64,000 nt of DNA from Gammaproteobacteria bacterium. Lineage in GTDB: Bacteria > Pseudomonadota > Gammaproteobacteria > Burkholderiales > SG8-41. Below the pieces are notes generated by a model. It worked only from the letters and a program-made list of their open reading frames with translations, was not told where the DNA came from and did no database searches. Position numbers and translations under genes: made by a program. This document shows, piece after piece, positions 48,454 through 59,690 of the stretch. Position 1 is the first letter of the stretch; each line of letters begins with the position of its first letter. The DNA is taken from NCBI GenBank assembly GCA_041483135.1, contig JBGPFE010000009.1:54629-118628 (forward strand). The letters run 5' to 3'.

Positions 48454-50376
48454 ATGGCTCAATTTGCAAGCGGATATACCCGACGCGAATTCATGAAAGC
48501 GAGTATTGCCATGGGTGCGTCGACATTGACAGGAGGATGTGCAATGACTATCGCTAATCCAGCGCCGGACAGTACTCCGGCCGACATGATTCTCGCCAAC
48601 GGCCGTATCGCGACACAGGATGAGCGGCGATCGTTCGTGAACGCACTGGCAATCAGGGACGGGCGCATCTCCGTAACTGGGGATACGGCGACAGTGATGA
48701 GATATCGTGGTCCCTCGACGCGTGTGATCGAACTCGGCGGGCGCACGGTTATTCCAGGCCTGATCGACTCGCACTCGCACCCCATACGCGGGGGCCTTTA
48801 CTACAACCTCGAATTGCGATGGGACGGCGTGCCGTCGTTGGCCGATGCCTTGCGCATGCTGCGCGAGCAGGCGCAACGCACGCCGCCCAATCACTGGGTT
48901 CGGGTAGTCGGCGGCTGGTCGGAATCCCAGTTCGCAGAGAAACGTATGCCGACACTTGATGAGATCAACGCTGCCGCGCCGGACACGCCAGTGTTCGTGC
49001 TCAATTTGTATGCTACTGCGCTACTTAACGGTGCGGCGCTGCGCGCTGCCGGCTATACCAAGGACACGCCGAATCCGCCGGGTGGTGAAATTCAGCGAGA
49101 CAAATCGGGGAACCCCACCGGGCTGCTCATTGCAAGGCCGAACGCAACGATTCTGTATGCGACGCTCGCCAAAGCGCCGAAGCTGCCGTTCGAGCAGCAG
49201 CTCAATTCAACGCGCCAGTTTATGCGAGAGCTGAACCGATTCGGAATCACCAGCGTGATCGACGCGGGCGGCGGCTTTCAGAACTACCCTCAGGACTACG
49301 AAGTGGTATCGGCGCTCCACCGCGACAATCTTTTGACGTTGCGCCTGGCCGCTAACCTCTTTACGCAGCGCCCGACTCAGGAGTTCGATGATTTTTCGAC
49401 GTGGGTGAAAGACGTGAAGGCCGGACAGGGCGATGACATGTACCGTATCAACGGTGCGGGTGAGATGCTCGTCTACTCCGCGGCAGATTTTGAAGATTTT
49501 CTCGAACCACGTCCCGATATGCCCGAGCGCATGGAGCGCGAACTTACTGCCATCGTGAGGCTGCTGGCGGAGCATCGCTGGCCATTCCGACTCCACGCCA
49601 CCTACGACGAGACGATCACGCGAGCGCTGAACGTTTTCGAATCGGTGAATCGCGAAATTTCGCTGAACGGGCTGCACTGGTTTATCGACCACGCCGAAAC
49701 CATTTCGCCGCGAAATATCGATCGCATCCGCGCATTGCAGGGTGGTATCGCCGTCCAACACCGGATGGCGTACCAGGGCGAATATTTCATCAACCGTTAC
49801 GGGAAGGCGAAAGCTGAGCAGTCGCCCCCGATCAGGCAGATGCTCGCGGCCGGCGTGCCCGTCGGGGCTGGCACAGACGCTACACGGGTCGCTAGTTACA
49901 ACCCGTTCGTATCGTTGTACTGGCTCGTGACGGGCAAAACTGTCGGCGGCACCCCGATGTATACGGCCGCGAACCGAATGGATCGTATGGAGGCTCTGCA
50001 TTTATGGACCGTCGGTAGCGCCTGGTTTTCCAGCGAAGAAAGTAACAAGGGCAGGCTCGTTCCAGGTCAACTTGCCGATCTGGCCGTCCTGGCCGCCGAT
50101 TACTTTTCGATACCCGAAGAGGACATCAAGCGCCTTGAAGCCGTCCTTACGATCGTCGGTGGCAAACCCGTATACGCGACGGCCGAGTTCAAGGATATGT
50201 CGCCGCCTTCGTTGCCTGTCGCGCCCGAATGGTCGCCGGTGGGCCGTTTCGGCGGATACCGGCAGAGCGCCACAAACGCAACCGCGGCGGTGGCGACCTC
50301 CGGAGTCGCGCACCAGCGGGCGCACTTGGCCAGCCACCTGTGGGGCCCGGGGGGCTGTTCCTGCTGGGCATTCTAA
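48454..50376 (+). CDS. Amidohydrolase-3 family metallohydrolase with Tat signal
   Basis: Start trimmed to MAQFASGYTRREFMKASIAMGAS (twin-Arg motif) after GGAGG. PGLIDSHSHP metal-binding motif. Confidence 0.85.
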   Translation: MAQFASGYTRREFMKASIAMGASTLTGGCAMTIANPAPDSTPADMILANGRIATQDERRSFVNALAIRDGRISVTGDTATVMRYRGPSTRVIELGGRTVIPGLIDSHSHPIRGGLYYNLELRWDGVPSLADALRMLREQAQRTPPNHWVRVVGGWSESQFAEKRMPTLDEINAAAPDTPVFVLNLYATALLNGAALRAAGYTKDTPNPPGGEIQRDKSGNPTGLLIARPNATILYATLAKAPKLPFEQQLNSTRQFMRELNRFGITSVIDAGGGFQNYPQDYEVVSALHRDNLLTLRLAANLFTQRPTQEFDDFSTWVKDVKAGQGDDMYRINGAGEMLVYSAADFEDFLEPRPDMPERMERELTAIVRLLAEHRWPFRLHATYDETITRALNVFESVNREISLNGLHWFIDHAETISPRNIDRIRALQGGIAVQHRMAYQGEYFINRYGKAKAEQSPPIRQMLAAGVPVGAGTDATRVASYNPFVSLYWLVTGKTVGGTPMYTAANRMDRMEALHLWTVGSAWFSSEESNKGRLVPGQLADLAVLAADYFSIPEEDIKRLEAVLTIVGGKPVYATAEFKDMSPPSLPVAPEWSPVGRFGGYRQSATNATAAVATSGVAHQRAHLASHLWGPGGCSCWAF

Positions 50377-50387
50377 GGAGGCGCCTC

Positions 50388-50945
50388 ATGGGGACCGATA
50401 CTGCGCCCTGCGCCGCTCGCGAGATGGTCCACGTCGCGATCATGAGGGTTGTCCGCGAAGGACGAGAAGCAGAATTCGAGACGCTCATCGAACAGTTCTT
50501 TCACGAAGCGGCTCGCCAGCCTGGTGTGTGTGGCGCGTACCTCATTCGCCCGTTTGCCGGGTCGAGTTCACGCGAATATGGAATTCTGCGCTCGTTCCAG
50601 AGCGTAGAGGATATGAATCGTTTCTACGAGTCTGACCTCTTCCGCAAGTGGAACGAGGCAATTCGGCCCCTTGTAGAGGGAGAGCCTCAAAGACGCGAGC
50701 TTCATGGCATGGAGGCGTTCTTCCGCGAGGGTGCCGCGCATCCTCCGAGATGGAAGATGGCCACCGTCACCTGGATTGGCGTCAGCCCCGCCGTTTATAT
50801 TTTCTCGAACGCAGTGCCTGCGGTGTTTGGCCATTTGTCGATGCTGATGAGCCTGCTGCTGGTCAATGCATTCGTCGTCGCAACGCTCACCTGGGTCTTT
50901 ATGCCGCTGCTTACAAAACTGTTCCGCCGCTGGCTACACACCTGA
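50388..50945 (+). CDS. ABM (antibiotic biosynthesis monooxygenase)-like domain fused to two TM helices
   Basis: Start trimmed to MGTDTAP after AAGGAGG. The ferredoxin-like ABM pattern VHVAIMRVVREGREAEFE...YGILRSFQSVEDMNRF is followed by hydrophobic helices. Confidence 0.7.
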   Translation: MGTDTAPCAAREMVHVAIMRVVREGREAEFETLIEQFFHEAARQPGVCGAYLIRPFAGSSSREYGILRSFQSVEDMNRFYESDLFRKWNEAIRPLVEGEPQRRELHGMEAFFREGAAHPPRWKMATVTWIGVSPAVYIFSNAVPAVFGHLSMLMSLLLVNAFVVATLTWVFMPLLTKLFRRWLHT

Positions 50946-50982
50946 AAGTCTTGATCGTCACGCCAGAAATGCGCGACTCCCC

Positions 50983-52548
50983 CTACTCCCATTCTATCGT
51001 CGCCGGCGGTTTGCTCGAGATGTCGTAGACGACGCGATTGATGCCGCGCACTTCGTTGATGATGCGATTCGCAACCTTGGACAACAGCGCGTGCGGCAGC
51101 TCCGCCCATTGCGCGGTCATGAAGTCCAGTGTTTGCACCGCGCGCAAGGCGACCACGTTTTCGTAAGTGCGGCCGTCACCCATCACGCCGACCGAGCGCA
51201 CCGGCAGGAAAACCGCGAATGCCTGCGCGGTTTTTTCATACCAGCCCGCCGCGCGCAGTTCGTCGATGAAAATTGCATCCGCACGCCGCAGCAACTCCGC
51301 GTATTCAGCCTTGACTTCGCCGAGGATGCGCACGCCGAGCCCCGGCCCCGGAAACGGATGACGAAATACCATGTCGTGCGGCAAACCAAGCGCCAACCCC
51401 AGTTCGCGCACTTCGTCCTTGAACAATTCGCGCAGCGGCTCGAGCAGCTTGAGGTGCAGGGTCTCCGGCAGCCCGCCGACGTTATGATGGGATTTGATGG
51501 TGTGAGCCTTCCTGGTTTTCGCGCCCGCCGATTCGATCACGTCGGGATAAATCGTGCCCTGCGCCAGCCACTTTACCTGCGGCAGCCTGGCTGCTTCGCG
51601 CTGGAACACCTCGACGAACACGCGGCCGATGATCTTGCGCTTCTCCTCCGGATCCATGATGCCGGCAAGCTCGCCGAGAAAGTGCCGGCGCGCATCGACG
51701 GGTATCACTTTGGCGCCGAGATTCCTGGCCAGGGTCTGCATCACCTGCTCGGCTTCGTTGAGCCGCAGCAGACCGTTGTCGACGAACACGCACGTGAGTT
51801 GCTTGCCGATCGCGCGGTGGATCAGTGCCGCCGCCACCGCCGAATCGACCCCGCCGGACAGCCCGAGCAGAACTTCTTCCTTGCCAACCTCGGAACGGAT
51901 GCGGCCGATTGCCTCGTCGGCATAACCAGGCATGCTCCAGTCGCCAGCAAGGCCGCAGATGTCGCGCACGAAGCGCTCGATGATCGCCTTGCCCTGCAAC
52001 GTATGCGTGACTTCGGGATGAAACTGCACCGCGTAGAAACGGCGTGATTCGTCGGCCATTCCCGCAACCGGTGTCGCCGCGTTGCCCGCGATCACCCTGA
52101 ATCCCGGCGGCAGTTCGGTCACCTTGTCGCCGTGACTCATCCACACGTCGAGCAGGCCGTGGCCTTCCCCGCTGATGCGGTCCTGAATGTCCCGTAACAG
52201 CGCCGAATGGCCGCGTGCGCGCACTTCGGCATAACCAAACTCGCGGACCTTGCCGCTCTCGACCTTGCCGCCCAGCTGCTCGGCCATCGTCTGCATGCCG
52301 TAGCAGATGCCGAGCACCGGCACGCCGAGCTCGAATACGGACTTGGGCGCGCGCGGTGTGCCACCCTCCCACACCGACGCCGGGCCGCCCGACAGGATCA
52401 CGCCCCGCGGCGCGAACTCCCTTATGAAGTCATCGGAAACGTCGTACGGGTGCAGCTCGCAATAAACGCTGGTTTCGCGGACCCGGCGCGCGATCAACTG
52501 GGTGTACTGCGCGCCGAAATCGAGAATGAGGATTTTTTGGTGCTGCAT
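50983..52548 (-). CDS. guaA: GMP synthase (glutamine-hydrolysing)
   Basis: 521 aa. [33 protein letters not shown]-terminal ATIEWE. Confidence 0.98.
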   Translation of the reverse strand: MQHQKILILDFGAQYTQLIARRVRETSVYCELHPYDVSDDFIREFAPRGVILSGGPASVWEGGTPRAPKSVFELGVPVLGICYGMQTMAEQLGGKVESGKVREFGYAEVRARGHSALLRDIQDRISGEGHGLLDVWMSHGDKVTELPPGFRVIAGNAATPVAGMADESRRFYAVQFHPEVTHTLQGKAIIERFVRDICGLAGDWSMPGYADEAIGRIRSEVGKEEVLLGLSGGVDSAVAAALIHRAIGKQLTCVFVDNGLLRLNEAEQVMQTLARNLGAKVIPVDARRHFLGELAGIMDPEEKRKIIGRVFVEVFQREAARLPQVKWLAQGTIYPDVIESAGAKTRKAHTIKSHHNVGGLPETLHLKLLEPLRELFKDEVRELGLALGLPHDMVFRHPFPGPGLGVRILGEVKAEYAELLRRADAIFIDELRAAGWYEKTAQAFAVFLPVRSVGVMGDGRTYENVVALRAVQTLDFMTAQWAELPHALLSKVANRIINEVRGINRVVYDISSKPPATIEWE

Positions 52549-52654
52549 AGTGAATGAGTGAATATGTGAATGGGTGAATGCGTATTTAAAACTCGCCTGC
52601 GTTTAGTCGCGCCCGTTTACTCCTTCACTCCTTCACTCCTTCACCTTTTCACTC
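52549..52654. repeat. Inverted arrays of GTGAA/TTCAC with exact 8-nt phasing
   Basis: GTGAA at 52550, 52558, 52566, 52574. TTCAC at 52624, 52632, 52640, 52648. Mirror-symmetric about 52601. Confidence 0.85.
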
Positions 52655-54112
52655 GGTTCTATAATTCGGCGCTTCCTTGGTGATTTGCACGTCGTGCACG
52701 TGCGATTCGCGGACGCCGGCGTGCGTGATTTCGACAAATTCGGCCTTGCTGCGCAGTTCGTCGATCGAGTTGCAGCCGGTGTAACCCATGCTGGCGCGCA
52801 GCCCGCCCATCAGTTGCTGTATCAGCGGCACCACGCCGCCTTTGTACGGCACGCGGCCCTCGACGCCCTCCGGCACCAGTTTCTCGGTCGCTTCCTCGGC
52901 GTCCTGGAAATAGCGGTCGGCCGCGCCCTGCTGCATCGCGCCGAGCGAGCCCATGCCGCGATACAGTTTGTAGGAACGCCCCTGGTAGAGCTCGGTTTCA
53001 CCGGGCGCCTCCTCGGTGCCGGCGAAAAGCCCGCCGATCATGATCGAGTAGCCGCCCGCGGCAATCGCTTTCGCGATATCGCCGGAAAAACGGATGCCGC
53101 CGTCCGCCACCAGCGGCACGTCGGTTTTGGCGAGCGCCTTGGCGACGTTCTGCACCGCGGTGATCTGCGGCACGCCGACACCGGCGATAATGCGCGTGGT
53201 GCAAATCGAACCTGGGCCGATGCCGACCTTCACCGCATCGGCGCCGTGTTCAACGAGCGCTCTGGCGGCGTCGGCGGTCGCGATGTTGCCGCCGATCACC
53301 TGCGTTCTCGGATAATTCTTCTTCATCCACTTGACGCGGTCGAGCACGCCCTGCGCGTGACCGTGAGCGGTGTCGACTACAATCACGTCAACGCCTGCTT
53401 CAATGAGCGCTTCGGCCCGTTCCTCGGTGCCTTCGCCGACACCGATTGCCGCGCCGACGCGCAGCCGCCCGAGCTTGTCCTTGCAGGCGAGCGGATGCTC
53501 GGTCGACTTCTGGATATCCTTGACCGTGATCAGACCGCGCAACTCGAATTTCTTGTTGATCACCAGCACGCGCTCGAGCCGGTACTTGTGCATCAGCGAC
53601 ATCGCCTCTTCGCGGCTCGCGCCTTCGCGCACCGTGACGAGCCTCGAGCGCGGCGTCATGATGTTCTTGACCGGCTGGCCGAGATTGGTTTCGAAACGCA
53701 GATCGCGGTTGGTGACGATGCCGACCACCCGTCCGCCGGCATCGATCACCGGCAGGCCAGAGATCTTGTGCTGGGCCGTGAGGTTCAGCACATCGCGCAC
53801 TTTCATGTTCTGGGTGATCGTGATCGGGTCCTTGACCACCCCGCTCTCGAAGCGCTTGACCTTGGCGACTTCCACGGCTTGCGCGCGTGACGCCATGTTC
53901 TTGTGAATGATGCCGATGCCGCCTTCCTGCGCGATCGCGATCGCGAGGCGGGATTCGGTAACAGTGTCCATGGCGGCGGACACCAGCGGGATATTGAGAC
54001 TGATCGTGCGCGTCAGCCTGGTTTTGAGGCTGACGTCGCGAGGCAGAATTTTGGAATGAGCGGGAACCAGCAGGACATCGTCGAAGGTTAGGGCTTTTTG
54101 CATCACGCGCAT
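52649..54112 (-). CDS. guaB: IMP dehydrogenase
   Basis: 487 aa. [13 protein letters not shown] pair, [11 protein letters not shown] catalytic loop. Confidence 0.98.
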   Translation of the reverse strand: MRVMQKALTFDDVLLVPAHSKILPRDVSLKTRLTRTISLNIPLVSAAMDTVTESRLAIAIAQEGGIGIIHKNMASRAQAVEVAKVKRFESGVVKDPITITQNMKVRDVLNLTAQHKISGLPVIDAGGRVVGIVTNRDLRFETNLGQPVKNIMTPRSRLVTVREGASREEAMSLMHKYRLERVLVINKKFELRGLITVKDIQKSTEHPLACKDKLGRLRVGAAIGVGEGTEERAEALIEAGVDVIVVDTAHGHAQGVLDRVKWMKKNYPRTQVIGGNIATADAARALVEHGADAVKVGIGPGSICTTRIIAGVGVPQITAVQNVAKALAKTDVPLVADGGIRFSGDIAKAIAAGGYSIMIGGLFAGTEEAPGETELYQGRSYKLYRGMGSLGAMQQGAADRYFQDAEEATEKLVPEGVEGRVPYKGGVVPLIQQLMGGLRASMGYTGCNSIDELRSKAEFVEITHAGVRESHVHDVQITKEAPNYRTE

Positions 54113-54289
54113 CTTGTGATCCTTCGCAAAACAGCATTATACGCAAGTCGCCGTAAACCGCCAACCGACCGAGTGCGTTAAATGCCCGAGATCATTGACG
54201 AAATGCCCCAAACTCGCTAACTTGGGGCAAACCATATCTCGATCTGCCGAATGGGCCGCAGCGGCCCTGAAAACTAGGATGACGCGACG

Positions 54290-54757
54290 ATGATACGACT
54301 ATTGATGGGTTGCGCAGCGATGCTACTGGCCGGTGCAGCCGCCGGCCAGATCATGGAATGCGTGGATGCCAAGGGCAACAAGGAGTACGCGCAAACCTGT
54401 CCGCCCGGCACGGCCAAGGAAACCAGGCTCATGAAAAGCGGCGCGGGCGCCGCCAGCTCCGGAGCCGGATCTGCGGCACCTGCCGGCAAGTCGCTGGCCG
54501 AGCGCGAAGCCGAGTTCAAGAAACGCAACCTTGAGCGCCAGGAGGCCGAAACCAAGGCGGCAAAACAAAAGTCCGACGCCAAAGACACAGATCGCGGCTG
54601 CAATGATGCACGCGCTCAGCTTAGATCATTGCAGGAGGGACAACGGATTTCTCGCGTCGATCCCAACACCGGCGAACGCTCGTTCCTGGAAGACAAGGAT
54701 CGTCCCGGCGAGATCGCGAACGCCCAGAAAGCCGTCGACAACTGGTGCAAGAAGTAA
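54290..54757 (+). CDS. DUF4124-like secreted protein
   Basis: 155 aa. Signal peptide, then ECVDAKGNKEYAQTCP, a charged coiled region and a C-terminal Cys. Confidence 0.65.
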   Translation: MIRLLMGCAAMLLAGAAAGQIMECVDAKGNKEYAQTCPPGTAKETRLMKSGAGAASSGAGSAAPAGKSLAEREAEFKKRNLERQEAETKAAKQKSDAKDTDRGCNDARAQLRSLQEGQRISRVDPNTGERSFLEDKDRPGEIANAQKAVDNWCKK

Positions 54758-54774
54758 CAGCAGGCTGCGCCAGT

Positions 54775-55083
54775 TCAGCGTACGGCTTTAGCTACCCGCC
54801 GCGCGCGCTTGCGGCGTGCCTGTTTCGGATCCGCAAGCAACGGCCGGTAAATTTCGACCCGGTCATTTGCGCGCAGCATCGTCGATAGCGAAGCGCGTTT
54901 GCCGAAAATTCCCATTACTGCCGAATTCCAGTCGATCCCGGGGTGTTGCGCAGCGATGCCCGACATCGCAATCGCTTCCTTGATGCGGGTTCCAACGGGC
55001 ACCTGCAGAATCACCACCGTTTGCGCTTGCGGCAGCGCGTAGACGACTTCGATCTCGATCAAGCCGGCCCGCGCGTCAACCAT
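54775..55083 (-). CDS. rnfH: RnfH-family ubiquitin-like protein
   Basis: Start trimmed to MVDARAGLIEIEVVYALPQAQ. C-terminal DRVEIYRPLLADPKQARRKRA matches E. coli RnfH. Overlaps the ratA 3' end. Confidence 0.88.
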   Translation of the reverse strand: MVDARAGLIEIEVVYALPQAQTVVILQVPVGTRIKEAIAMSGIAAQHPGIDWNSAVMGIFGKRASLSTMLRANDRVEIYRPLLADPKQARRKRARRVAKAVR

Positions 55084-55507
55084 AAATGCTTTGCGCGCGC
55101 TTGACGAAGGCATCGACCAGGCTGTTCGCGATGTGGCTGAACACCGGGCCGACCAGCTTTTCTAGCAGACGGCTGGAAAATTCGTAGCGCAGATTGAAAT
55201 CGATCTTGCAGCCGCTGCCGCCGAGATCGGTGAAGCGCCAGCTACCTTCGAGCGTCTTGAACGGCCCTTCGATCAATTTGATGCGCATCCACTGCGGCTC
55301 GCTCTTGGCATTCTCGGTGCTGAAACTCTGCCGGATGCCGCGGTAATTGATATGGATAGTCGCGCGGATGACTTGCGCGTCGCGGAAAAGAAGCTCAGTG
55401 CCGCCGCACCACGGCAGGAACTCGGGATATTTTTCCACGGCGTCGACCAGAGCAAACATGCGCGGCGCGGAATGCGCGACCAGCACTGATTTATTCACTT
55501 CAGCCAT
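55076..55507 (-). CDS. ratA: SRPBCC/RatA (YfjG, CoQ-binding Coq10-like) protein
   Basis: 143 aa. YPEFLPWC motif. Conserved ratA-rnfH pair divergent from smpB. Confidence 0.88.
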   Translation of the reverse strand: MAEVNKSVLVAHSAPRMFALVDAVEKYPEFLPWCGGTELLFRDAQVIRATIHINYRGIRQSFSTENAKSEPQWMRIKLIEGPFKTLEGSWRFTDLGGSGCKIDFNLRYEFSSRLLEKLVGPVFSHIANSLVDAFVKRAQSIYG

Positions 55508-55596
55508 GAATGTGATCGGGCACGGCAGCAGGCAATATCGATGGCCGGATGACGCTTGCTGCTACAATTCCGGATTGACGGCAACTATACCGCGAC

Positions 55597-56040
55597 ATGA
55601 GTATTGCGCAAAATAAAAAAGCCTTCCACGATTATTTCGTAGAGCAGAAATTCGAGGCGGGGATCGCGCTCGAAGGCTGGGAAGTGAAAGCGATACGCGC
55701 CGGCCGCGTGCAGCTCAAGGAAGCCTACGTGATCGTGCGCAACGGTGAAATCTTTCTGATCGGCTGTCACATCAGTCCGTTGCTGAGCGCATCGACCCAT
55801 TTTCAACCGGACCCGGTCCGCACGCGCAAACTGCTTCTGCATGCCGAGGAAATCAACCGCTTGATCGGCAGCGTCGAGCGCGCGGGATATACCCTGCTGC
55901 CGCTCGACATGCACTACGCACGCGGCCGCATCAAGCTCGAGGTCGGGCTCGCCAAGGGCAAAAAACAGCACGACAAGCGCCAAGCCGAAAAGGAGCGCGA
56001 GTGGCAGCGCGAGAAGCAGCGCTTGCTGAAGATGAAGTAA
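55597..56040 (+). CDS. smpB: SsrA-binding protein
   Basis: 147 aa. [19 protein letters not shown], basic C-terminal tail. Confidence 0.97.
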   Translation: MSIAQNKKAFHDYFVEQKFEAGIALEGWEVKAIRAGRVQLKEAYVIVRNGEIFLIGCHISPLLSASTHFQPDPVRTRKLLLHAEEINRLIGSVERAGYTLLPLDMHYARGRIKLEVGLAKGKKQHDKRQAEKEREWQREKQRLLKMK

Positions 56041-56059
56041 CCATACTGCCGACAAGGAA

Positions 56060-56136
56060 TGGGGTGGCTGATGGGACTCGAACCCACGACAACCGGAATC
56101 ACAATCCGGGACTCTACCAACTGAGCTACAGCCACC
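56060..56136 (-). tRNA. tRNA-His (GTG)
   Basis: Reverse complement is GGTGGCTGTAGCTCAGTTGGTAGAGTCCCGGATTGTGATTCCGGTTGTCGTGGGTTCGAGTCCCATCAGCCACCCCA. It has the extra 5' G, anticodon loop TTGTGAT and an encoded CCA. Confidence 0.95.
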
Positions 56137-56161
56137 ATCGAAACCATGCGGCGCGCAACCA

Positions 56162-56238
56162 TGGCGCGCCCGGCGGGACTCGAACCCACAACCCCCGGCT
56201 TAGAAGGCCGGTGCTCTATCCGATTGAGCTACGGGCAC
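56162..56238 (-). tRNA. tRNA-Arg (TCT)
   Basis: Reverse complement is GTGCCCGTAGCTCAATCGGATAGAGCACCGGCCTTCTAAGCCGGGGGTTGTGGGTTCGAGTCCCGCCGGGCGCGCCA. Anticodon loop CTTCTAA. Confidence 0.93.
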
Positions 56239-56252
56239 TCTATCGGGCAATC

Positions 56253-56329
56253 TGGTCGGGGTGGAGAGATTTGAACTCCCGACATCCTGGTCCCAAACCA
56301 GGCGCGCTACCAGGCTGCGCTACACCCCG
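56253..56329 (-). tRNA. tRNA-Pro (TGG)
   Basis: Reverse complement is CGGGGTGTAGCGCAGCCTGGTAGCGCGCCTGGTTTGGGACCAGGATGTCGGGAGTTCAAATCTCTCCACCCCGACCA. Anticodon loop TTTGGGA. Confidence 0.93.
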
Positions 56330-56521
56330 AAAACTACCGTTTCAGTGTAGGCTAACATCGGCTGCACGCCGATCTTACGCCGGAACCAAAGGCGCGTAAT
56401 ATAACCCCAGCGCTGCACAGGGTCAACGTGAAACCGGTAAAAAACGCCCCCGGCATAATTACTTGCACCCCCACCGGATTTCTGCTATTAAAGCACCTTT
56501 TTTGAACAATTGGAAAGCCTC

Positions 56522-56944
56522 ATGGCAGCAGAATTACAGAAGCCGTTCCCGCCCTACAAAGCGAAAGCGCGGGAGGAATACATGAACCCGAAGCAGCTCG
56601 CGCATTTCAAGAAAATGCTCGAGGAAATGAAGCGCGGGCTCTCGCAGGATATCGACCGCACGGTGCATACCATGCAGGATGAGGCGACCATCTTTGCGGA
56701 TCCGAACGACCGCGCCAGCCAGGAATCCGACATGTCGCTCGAGTTGCGCAACCGGGACCGCGAGCGCAAGCTGATCAAGAAGATCGACGAAACCATTGTC
56801 AAAATCGATGCCGGCGAATACGGCTACTGCGACAGCTGCGGCGTCGAAATCGGGCTCAAACGGCTGGAAGCACGCCCGACCGCCACGCTGTGCATCGACT
56901 GCAAGACGCTCGATGAACTCAGGGAAAAGCAGGTCGCAAAATAA
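56522..56944 (+). CDS. dksA: RNA polymerase-binding transcription factor DksA
   Basis: ATG 56522 (the ORF-track TTG at 56510 is less likely). Coiled-coil with DPNDRASQE, zinc finger [25 protein letters not shown]. Confidence 0.95.
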   Translation: MAAELQKPFPPYKAKAREEYMNPKQLAHFKKMLEEMKRGLSQDIDRTVHTMQDEATIFADPNDRASQESDMSLELRNRDRERKLIKKIDETIVKIDAGEYGYCDSCGVEIGLKRLEARPTATLCIDCKTLDELREKQVAK

Positions 56945-57050
56945 ACGCGTATTTTCGACCTGCTTTCAGTGCAGACTCACTTTTTCGAATGAAAAAGTTA
57001 TGTCGTAACTAAAAACAGGTAGCAAGATAAGCGGCCCGCACGCCGCAATT

Positions 57051-57084
57051 AAAAAGGGCAGCCGCCGGCTGCCCTCATATTTTT
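57051..57084. terminator. Bidirectional rho-independent terminator (dksA / pnp)
   Basis: AAAAA-GGGCAGCC-GCC-GGCTGCCC-TCATATTTTT. Confidence 0.65.
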
Positions 57085-57097
57085 ACCTGCCTGCCGA

Positions 57098-59209
57098 CTA
57101 CTGCACGGTCTGTGGCTGTTTCGCCTCGGCGGCGGCGGCTTTCATGCTCAAGCGCAGCCGGCCTTTCTCGTCGGCTTCGATCACTTTGACACGCACCGTC
57201 TGCCCTTCCTTCAGATGGTCGGAGACGGCATTGACGCGCTCATTGGCGATTTGCGATATGTGCAGCAGCCCGTCCTTGCCCGGCAGCACGCTGACGATGG
57301 CCCCGAAGTCGAGCAATTTCAGCACGGTGCCTTCGTATATGCGCCCAACCTCGACGTCCGCGGTGATCTCCTCGATGCGCTTCCTGGCAAGCTCGCCGCC
57401 CTCGGACGACACACAGGCAATCGTCACGGTGCCGTCGTCGGCGATGTCGATCGAAGTGCCGGTTTCCTCGGTCAACGCCCGAATCACCGCCCCGCCCTTG
57501 CCGATCACGTCGCGAATTTTCTCCGTCTTGATCTTGATCGTGATCATGCGCGGAGCGTAGGCCGAGAGTTCGGTCCGCGCGCTCTGCAGTACATCCTTCA
57601 TCTTCCCGAGAATATGCATGCGGCCTTCACGTGCCTGCACCAGCGCGGCGTGCATGATTTCCTTCGTGATGCCGGTGATCTTGATGTCCATCTGCAAAGC
57701 GGTGACGCCTTTCTCGGTGCCGGCAACCTTGAAATCCATGTCCCCGAGATGGTCCTCATCGCCGAGAATATCGGATAGCACCGCAAAACGCTTGCCTTCC
57801 TTGATCAGTCCCATCGCGATGCCGGCGACATGCGCCTTGAGCGGCACGCCGGCATCCATCAGCGCCAGACAGCCTCCGCACACCGACGCCATCGAGCTCG
57901 AGCCGTTCGACTCCGTGATCTCCGACACTACGCGCATCGAATAAGCGAACTCCTCAGGCGTCGGCAGCACCGCAAGCAATGCGCGCTTGGCAAGCCGGCC
58001 ATGGCCGATCTCGCGCCGTTTCGGCGAACCGACGCGGCCGGTCTCGCCGGTCGCATATGGCGGCATGTTGTAATGAAGCATGAAGCGATCTGTGTACTCG
58101 CCCTGCAGCGCATCGATCCGCTGCTCATCGCGCGAGGTGCCGAGAGTGGCGACTACCAGCGCCTGCGTCTCGCCACGCGTGAACAGTGCCGAGCCGTGCG
58201 CGCGCGGCAGGATGCCGGGACGGATGGTGATCGGGCGCACGGTGCGCGTATCGCGCCCGTCGATGCGCGGCTCGCCGTTCAGAATCTGCCCGCGCACAAT
58301 TTTAGATTCGAGCGCGAAACAGATTTCCTTTACCGCGTTGGCGTCCGGGCCGCCTTCCGTGCCGACACCGACCTCGGTGAACACGCGCGTCCAGATGTTG
58401 TCAATCGCCTCGGAACGGGCCTGTTTCTGCTTGAGCTCGAATGCCGCGCGCAATTCCTTCTCGGACAATTCTGCGATGCGCGCGATCAGCGCCTCGTCCT
58501 TCACCGGCGGCGCCCAATCCCGCAGCGGGGTATTCACCTCATCGGCAAGCTGGTTGATGAGTTCGATTACCGCTTGCATCTGCTGGTGCCCATGTACGAC
58601 AGCGCCCAGCATCACGTCCTCGGACAACTCGTTTGCTTCCGATTCGACCATCAGCACCGCCTGCTGTGTTCCCGCGACCACCAGATTGAGTTGCGACGAT
58701 TTAAGCTCGGTCGCAGTAGGGTTCAGCAGATACTGGCCATCGACGTAACCGACGCGCGCGGCGCCGATCGGACCATTGAACGGGATGCCGGAAATCGCCA
58801 GCGCCGCGGAGGCGCCGATCATCGCCGGAATGTCCGAGTCGATTTCGTTGTTCGACGACACCACGGTGGCGACCACCTGCACCTCGTTGTAGTAACCGTC
58901 CGGAAACAACGGACGAATCGGCCGGTCGATCAGGCGCGAAGTCAGAATTTCCTTTTCCGAAGGACGGCCTTCGCGCTTGAAAAAGCCGCCGGGAATTTTG
59001 CCGGCGGCGTAAGTGCGCTCCTGGTAATCCACGGTGAGCGGCAGAAAATCTTTCCCTTCCACCGCCGTTTTGGCGCCGACGACAGTCACCAGCACCACCG
59101 TGTCCTCCAGATTCACCAGCACTGCGCCACTGGCCTGGCGTGCGATTTCGCCCATTTCGAGCGTCAGCTTGTGGCGCCCCCACATGATAGTTTTCTTTAT
59201 TGGATTCAA
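57098..59209 (-). CDS. pnp: Polyribonucleotide nucleotidyltransferase (PNPase)
   Basis: 703 aa. Two RNase PH domains plus KH plus S1 ([30 protein letters not shown]). Confidence 0.98.
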   Translation of the reverse strand: MNPIKKTIMWGRHKLTLEMGEIARQASGAVLVNLEDTVVLVTVVGAKTAVEGKDFLPLTVDYQERTYAAGKIPGGFFKREGRPSEKEILTSRLIDRPIRPLFPDGYYNEVQVVATVVSSNNEIDSDIPAMIGASAALAISGIPFNGPIGAARVGYVDGQYLLNPTATELKSSQLNLVVAGTQQAVLMVESEANELSEDVMLGAVVHGHQQMQAVIELINQLADEVNTPLRDWAPPVKDEALIARIAELSEKELRAAFELKQKQARSEAIDNIWTRVFTEVGVGTEGGPDANAVKEICFALESKIVRGQILNGEPRIDGRDTRTVRPITIRPGILPRAHGSALFTRGETQALVVATLGTSRDEQRIDALQGEYTDRFMLHYNMPPYATGETGRVGSPKRREIGHGRLAKRALLAVLPTPEEFAYSMRVVSEITESNGSSSMASVCGGCLALMDAGVPLKAHVAGIAMGLIKEGKRFAVLSDILGDEDHLGDMDFKVAGTEKGVTALQMDIKITGITKEIMHAALVQAREGRMHILGKMKDVLQSARTELSAYAPRMITIKIKTEKIRDVIGKGGAVIRALTEETGTSIDIADDGTVTIACVSSEGGELARKRIEEITADVEVGRIYEGTVLKLLDFGAIVSVLPGKDGLLHISQIANERVNAVSDHLKEGQTVRVKVIEADEKGRLRLSMKAAAAEAKQPQTVQ

Positions 59210-59280
59210 GGTCTTATCCTTTATGCCACGGTTTGGCCACGCTTTTGAGTGCGGGCAAAGAGTATCAAATTTCAGACGCT

Positions 59281-59322
59281 ACAAACAAACATGGCCGCGC
59301 CGGGCACCATGCCCGGCCGGCC
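59281..59322 (-). terminator. rpsO terminator / pnp leader hairpin
   Basis: Minus strand has GGCCGGCCGGGCA-TGG-TGCCCGGCGCGGCC followed by ATGTTTGTTTGT. The position matches the classical rpsO-pnp intergenic hairpin. Confidence 0.6.
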
Positions 59323-59367
59323 ACTCATCAACAGTTAAAGTCGTTACCCACCGGCACACCGGCGGTA

Positions 59368-59637
59368 TCACTTGCGCAGACCGAGACGGTCGATCAGCGC
59401 GCGATATTTTTCGACGTTGGAGCGTTTCAAATAATCCAGCAGCTTGCGGCGCTGGCTCACCATGCGCAGCAAACCGCGTCGTGAATGATGATCCTTGACG
59501 TGGGTTTTGAAATGCTCGGCCAGTTCAGTGATGCGTGCCGACAGCAGCGCAATCTGCACTTCCGGCGAACCGGTGTCGGCTTGCTTGCGCTGGTAATCCT
59601 TGACGATCTGGGCTTTTTGCGTGCCGCTTGTTGCCAT
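59368..59637 (-). CDS. rpsO: 30S ribosomal protein S15
   Basis: 89 aa. [27 protein letters not shown]. Confidence 0.98.
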   Translation of the reverse strand: MATSGTQKAQIVKDYQRKQADTGSPEVQIALLSARITELAEHFKTHVKDHHSRRGLLRMVSQRRKLLDYLKRSNVEKYRALIDRLGLRK

Positions 59638-59690
59638 TCCCTGCCTCCACTTGCAAAGTTTGCTATTTTAACCTGCAACTACCGGCTTTC

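Noticed and set aside
56041-56521. tmRNA (ssrA) expected near smpB
   Set aside because: The region downstream of smpB is fully explained by three 77-nt tRNAs (His, Arg, Pro). I saw no tRNA-Ala-like acceptor plus tag-peptide reading frame.
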